Assembly: GCA_038087875.1 (NCBI GenBank)
Contig: CM075996.1
Span: 9,302,001-9,366,000 of the forward strand
Direction of reading: 5' to 3'
Source of the DNA: Malacoraja senta
Taxonomy: Eukaryota
DNA length: 64,000 bases
The position numbers were made by a program, and so were the translations under genes. Positions within the stretch are counted from its first letter, which is position 1, and every line of letters starts with the position of its first letter. Positions 62,358 through 64,000 of the stretch are shown here, piece after piece. The notes beneath the pieces are model-generated. The model made no database searches, was not told the DNA's origin, and saw only the letters and a program-made list of their open reading frames with translations.

Positions 62358-64000
62358 CTCAAAGATATATGGGTTATTTCAGGTATAAAGACAGAAGGTG
62401 AGCTAGCACCTGTAGGGTGAAGAGATAGCATTTTATGCTGGTGATCTAGGTTATTTTTAGTTTTCTTTATTAAGTAAATAACTATGTTGTATTAATATTC
62501 CATTGTGGAAGCAGAGAGGTCTCAGGTTCTATTAGATTCTAAATTGATTTCCAATTGCTTTAAATTATTGATGACCGAAAATACTGGAACTGTTACTCAA
62601 TAAGCCGGCTATGGTCCCCAGCCTGTTACTCTCGCTCCATTACCCAAGAACAGGTTTGCTTGAGAGCAATCTTTCGTCAGGTACTAAGACTAACTAATAT
62701 GTTGCAGAATTTGGATCAATCTGATACTTCAGACCACCATTTTTTGAGTAATTTTTCCATATTTAGTAGCAGTGGTTTGTTCCTGTTGCATTTAATGTTC
62801 AAGTTAATTTGACCATTTTTTTTCCCTCTTGTATAATTGGCCAGTTTTTAGTTATGTTGCTAGCCATTCATCCTACTGAGATTTTTTTCCTCCCAAATGT
62901 TTGAATGCTGGATGTTCCGTTAAAGGTAGGTGTTCATAAATGAGCTCATTTAAAATCCATTCACTTTTTTGAGGCATTATAATGAAGATATTGTGGCTGA
63001 TTTTAATTTTTTAATCATATTTTGAAAGTTCTAATAGAAGTAGGGTTAAGATTGTATGGCAAAGCTTCAGAACTACTTTCCTAGAGTCCATCATAGGTCC
63101 AAATTCACTATGGCCATTAGTAAATCGTAATAAAACAATGCAATGAAATTTGACCTGGAAAACGGAAATGTAATACTCTGGGCTATAATGTTACATTCTG
63201 TAGCCACGTTGCAAAATGATAACTTACTGTCTCGTGTGTGCATTACTCTGCTTTCAGTTAGTAGCATCATTCCTGCAAATGGCTTGAATGCTGCATTTTG
63301 ATTGCTATGAAGCTGGTTTTCATGTATGTAAATGTGTTGATACAATTGTTAGCATATCTACCAATGTACCTAATGGGTGAGGTGGGTTCATTTCCTGAAA
63401 TGCCTATTGGTGACATCAGCCGATTACCACACGGAGATAGTATAGCTTTGCAAAATTTAGTTTTGATACTGGCTGCTGCAGCATCAACCCTTTTACCTGG
63501 GCTCACCCTGTAGGCATTTTGAAGCTATGTCTTCAGGCAGCTGGGCTCGAGTCTATTCTCCCCCAACTAGATTGTCGGCACAACTGCCCGTTTTTCAAAG
63601 CAAATGGTGGGTCACACGGTGAGTTGTTTCCATCCCCCACTTCCCTTATTGCTGCTGCATCTTCCAAGCAAGCTGTGAGCACACCTTCTCATAACACCAG
63701 CATCTTTGAATTCTGGTAGTTCCACATTATTTTGCTCATTCTGGATGTTACTGTGCAATTTTGTTGCAGCCTGTGGAATTTGACATGAGTAAGATTATGC
63801 CAAGTCGTCCCATTCATAATCATTTTGTCACTTTTTGAATGACTTTATCAATTGGTAACATTATACTCAGTGGAATATAGAGCCAAGGGACTGGGGCAGT
63901 AGGTTCTGGGGGTAATAGGAACTATTCACCTTCTGTATTCTGATGAGGTCTCCACCCCACCCCCTAAATTGCAGGATTTAACGGTGCCACAAATGACGTT

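Noticed and set aside
61300..64000. Expected KDELR3 last exon on the minus strand, and short ORFs at 63.1-63.7 kb
   Set aside because: No KDEL-receptor C-terminal peptide recognised; likely UTR or intergenic sequence

Overview
Vertebrate genomic DNA. The repeat content (CR1, tRNA-SINE, Penelope) suggests a cartilaginous fish such as a skate or ray; this is an inference. The + strand carries the last three coding exons of DMC1 (1199-7127) and a complete 13-exon DDX17 (p72 DEAD-box helicase) gene (CDS 37089-61283, about 693 aa) with a CpG-island promoter, in the same order and orientation as in human. The ~30 kb between them is a stack of transposons: CR1 and L2 LINEs, a full-length decayed L1, a Penelope-like element, tandem Helitrons with a helicase remnant, and SINEs. 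Harbinger and Tigger MITEs lie in the introns. Two signals stand out. (1) DDX17 intron 11 looks like an RNA-structure-based regulatory module: a weak donor, several stop-introducing cryptic acceptors, a ~230-nt multi-hairpin element rich in G-U pairs, and a distant branch point with an AG-free zone bridged by a hairpin matching the miR-3064 hairpin of the paralogue DDX5. (2) A Penelope-derived short repeat spreads minimal hammerhead-ribozyme motifs across the window. All RNA pairings were derived by eye, and homologies were recognised from memory rather than by search.
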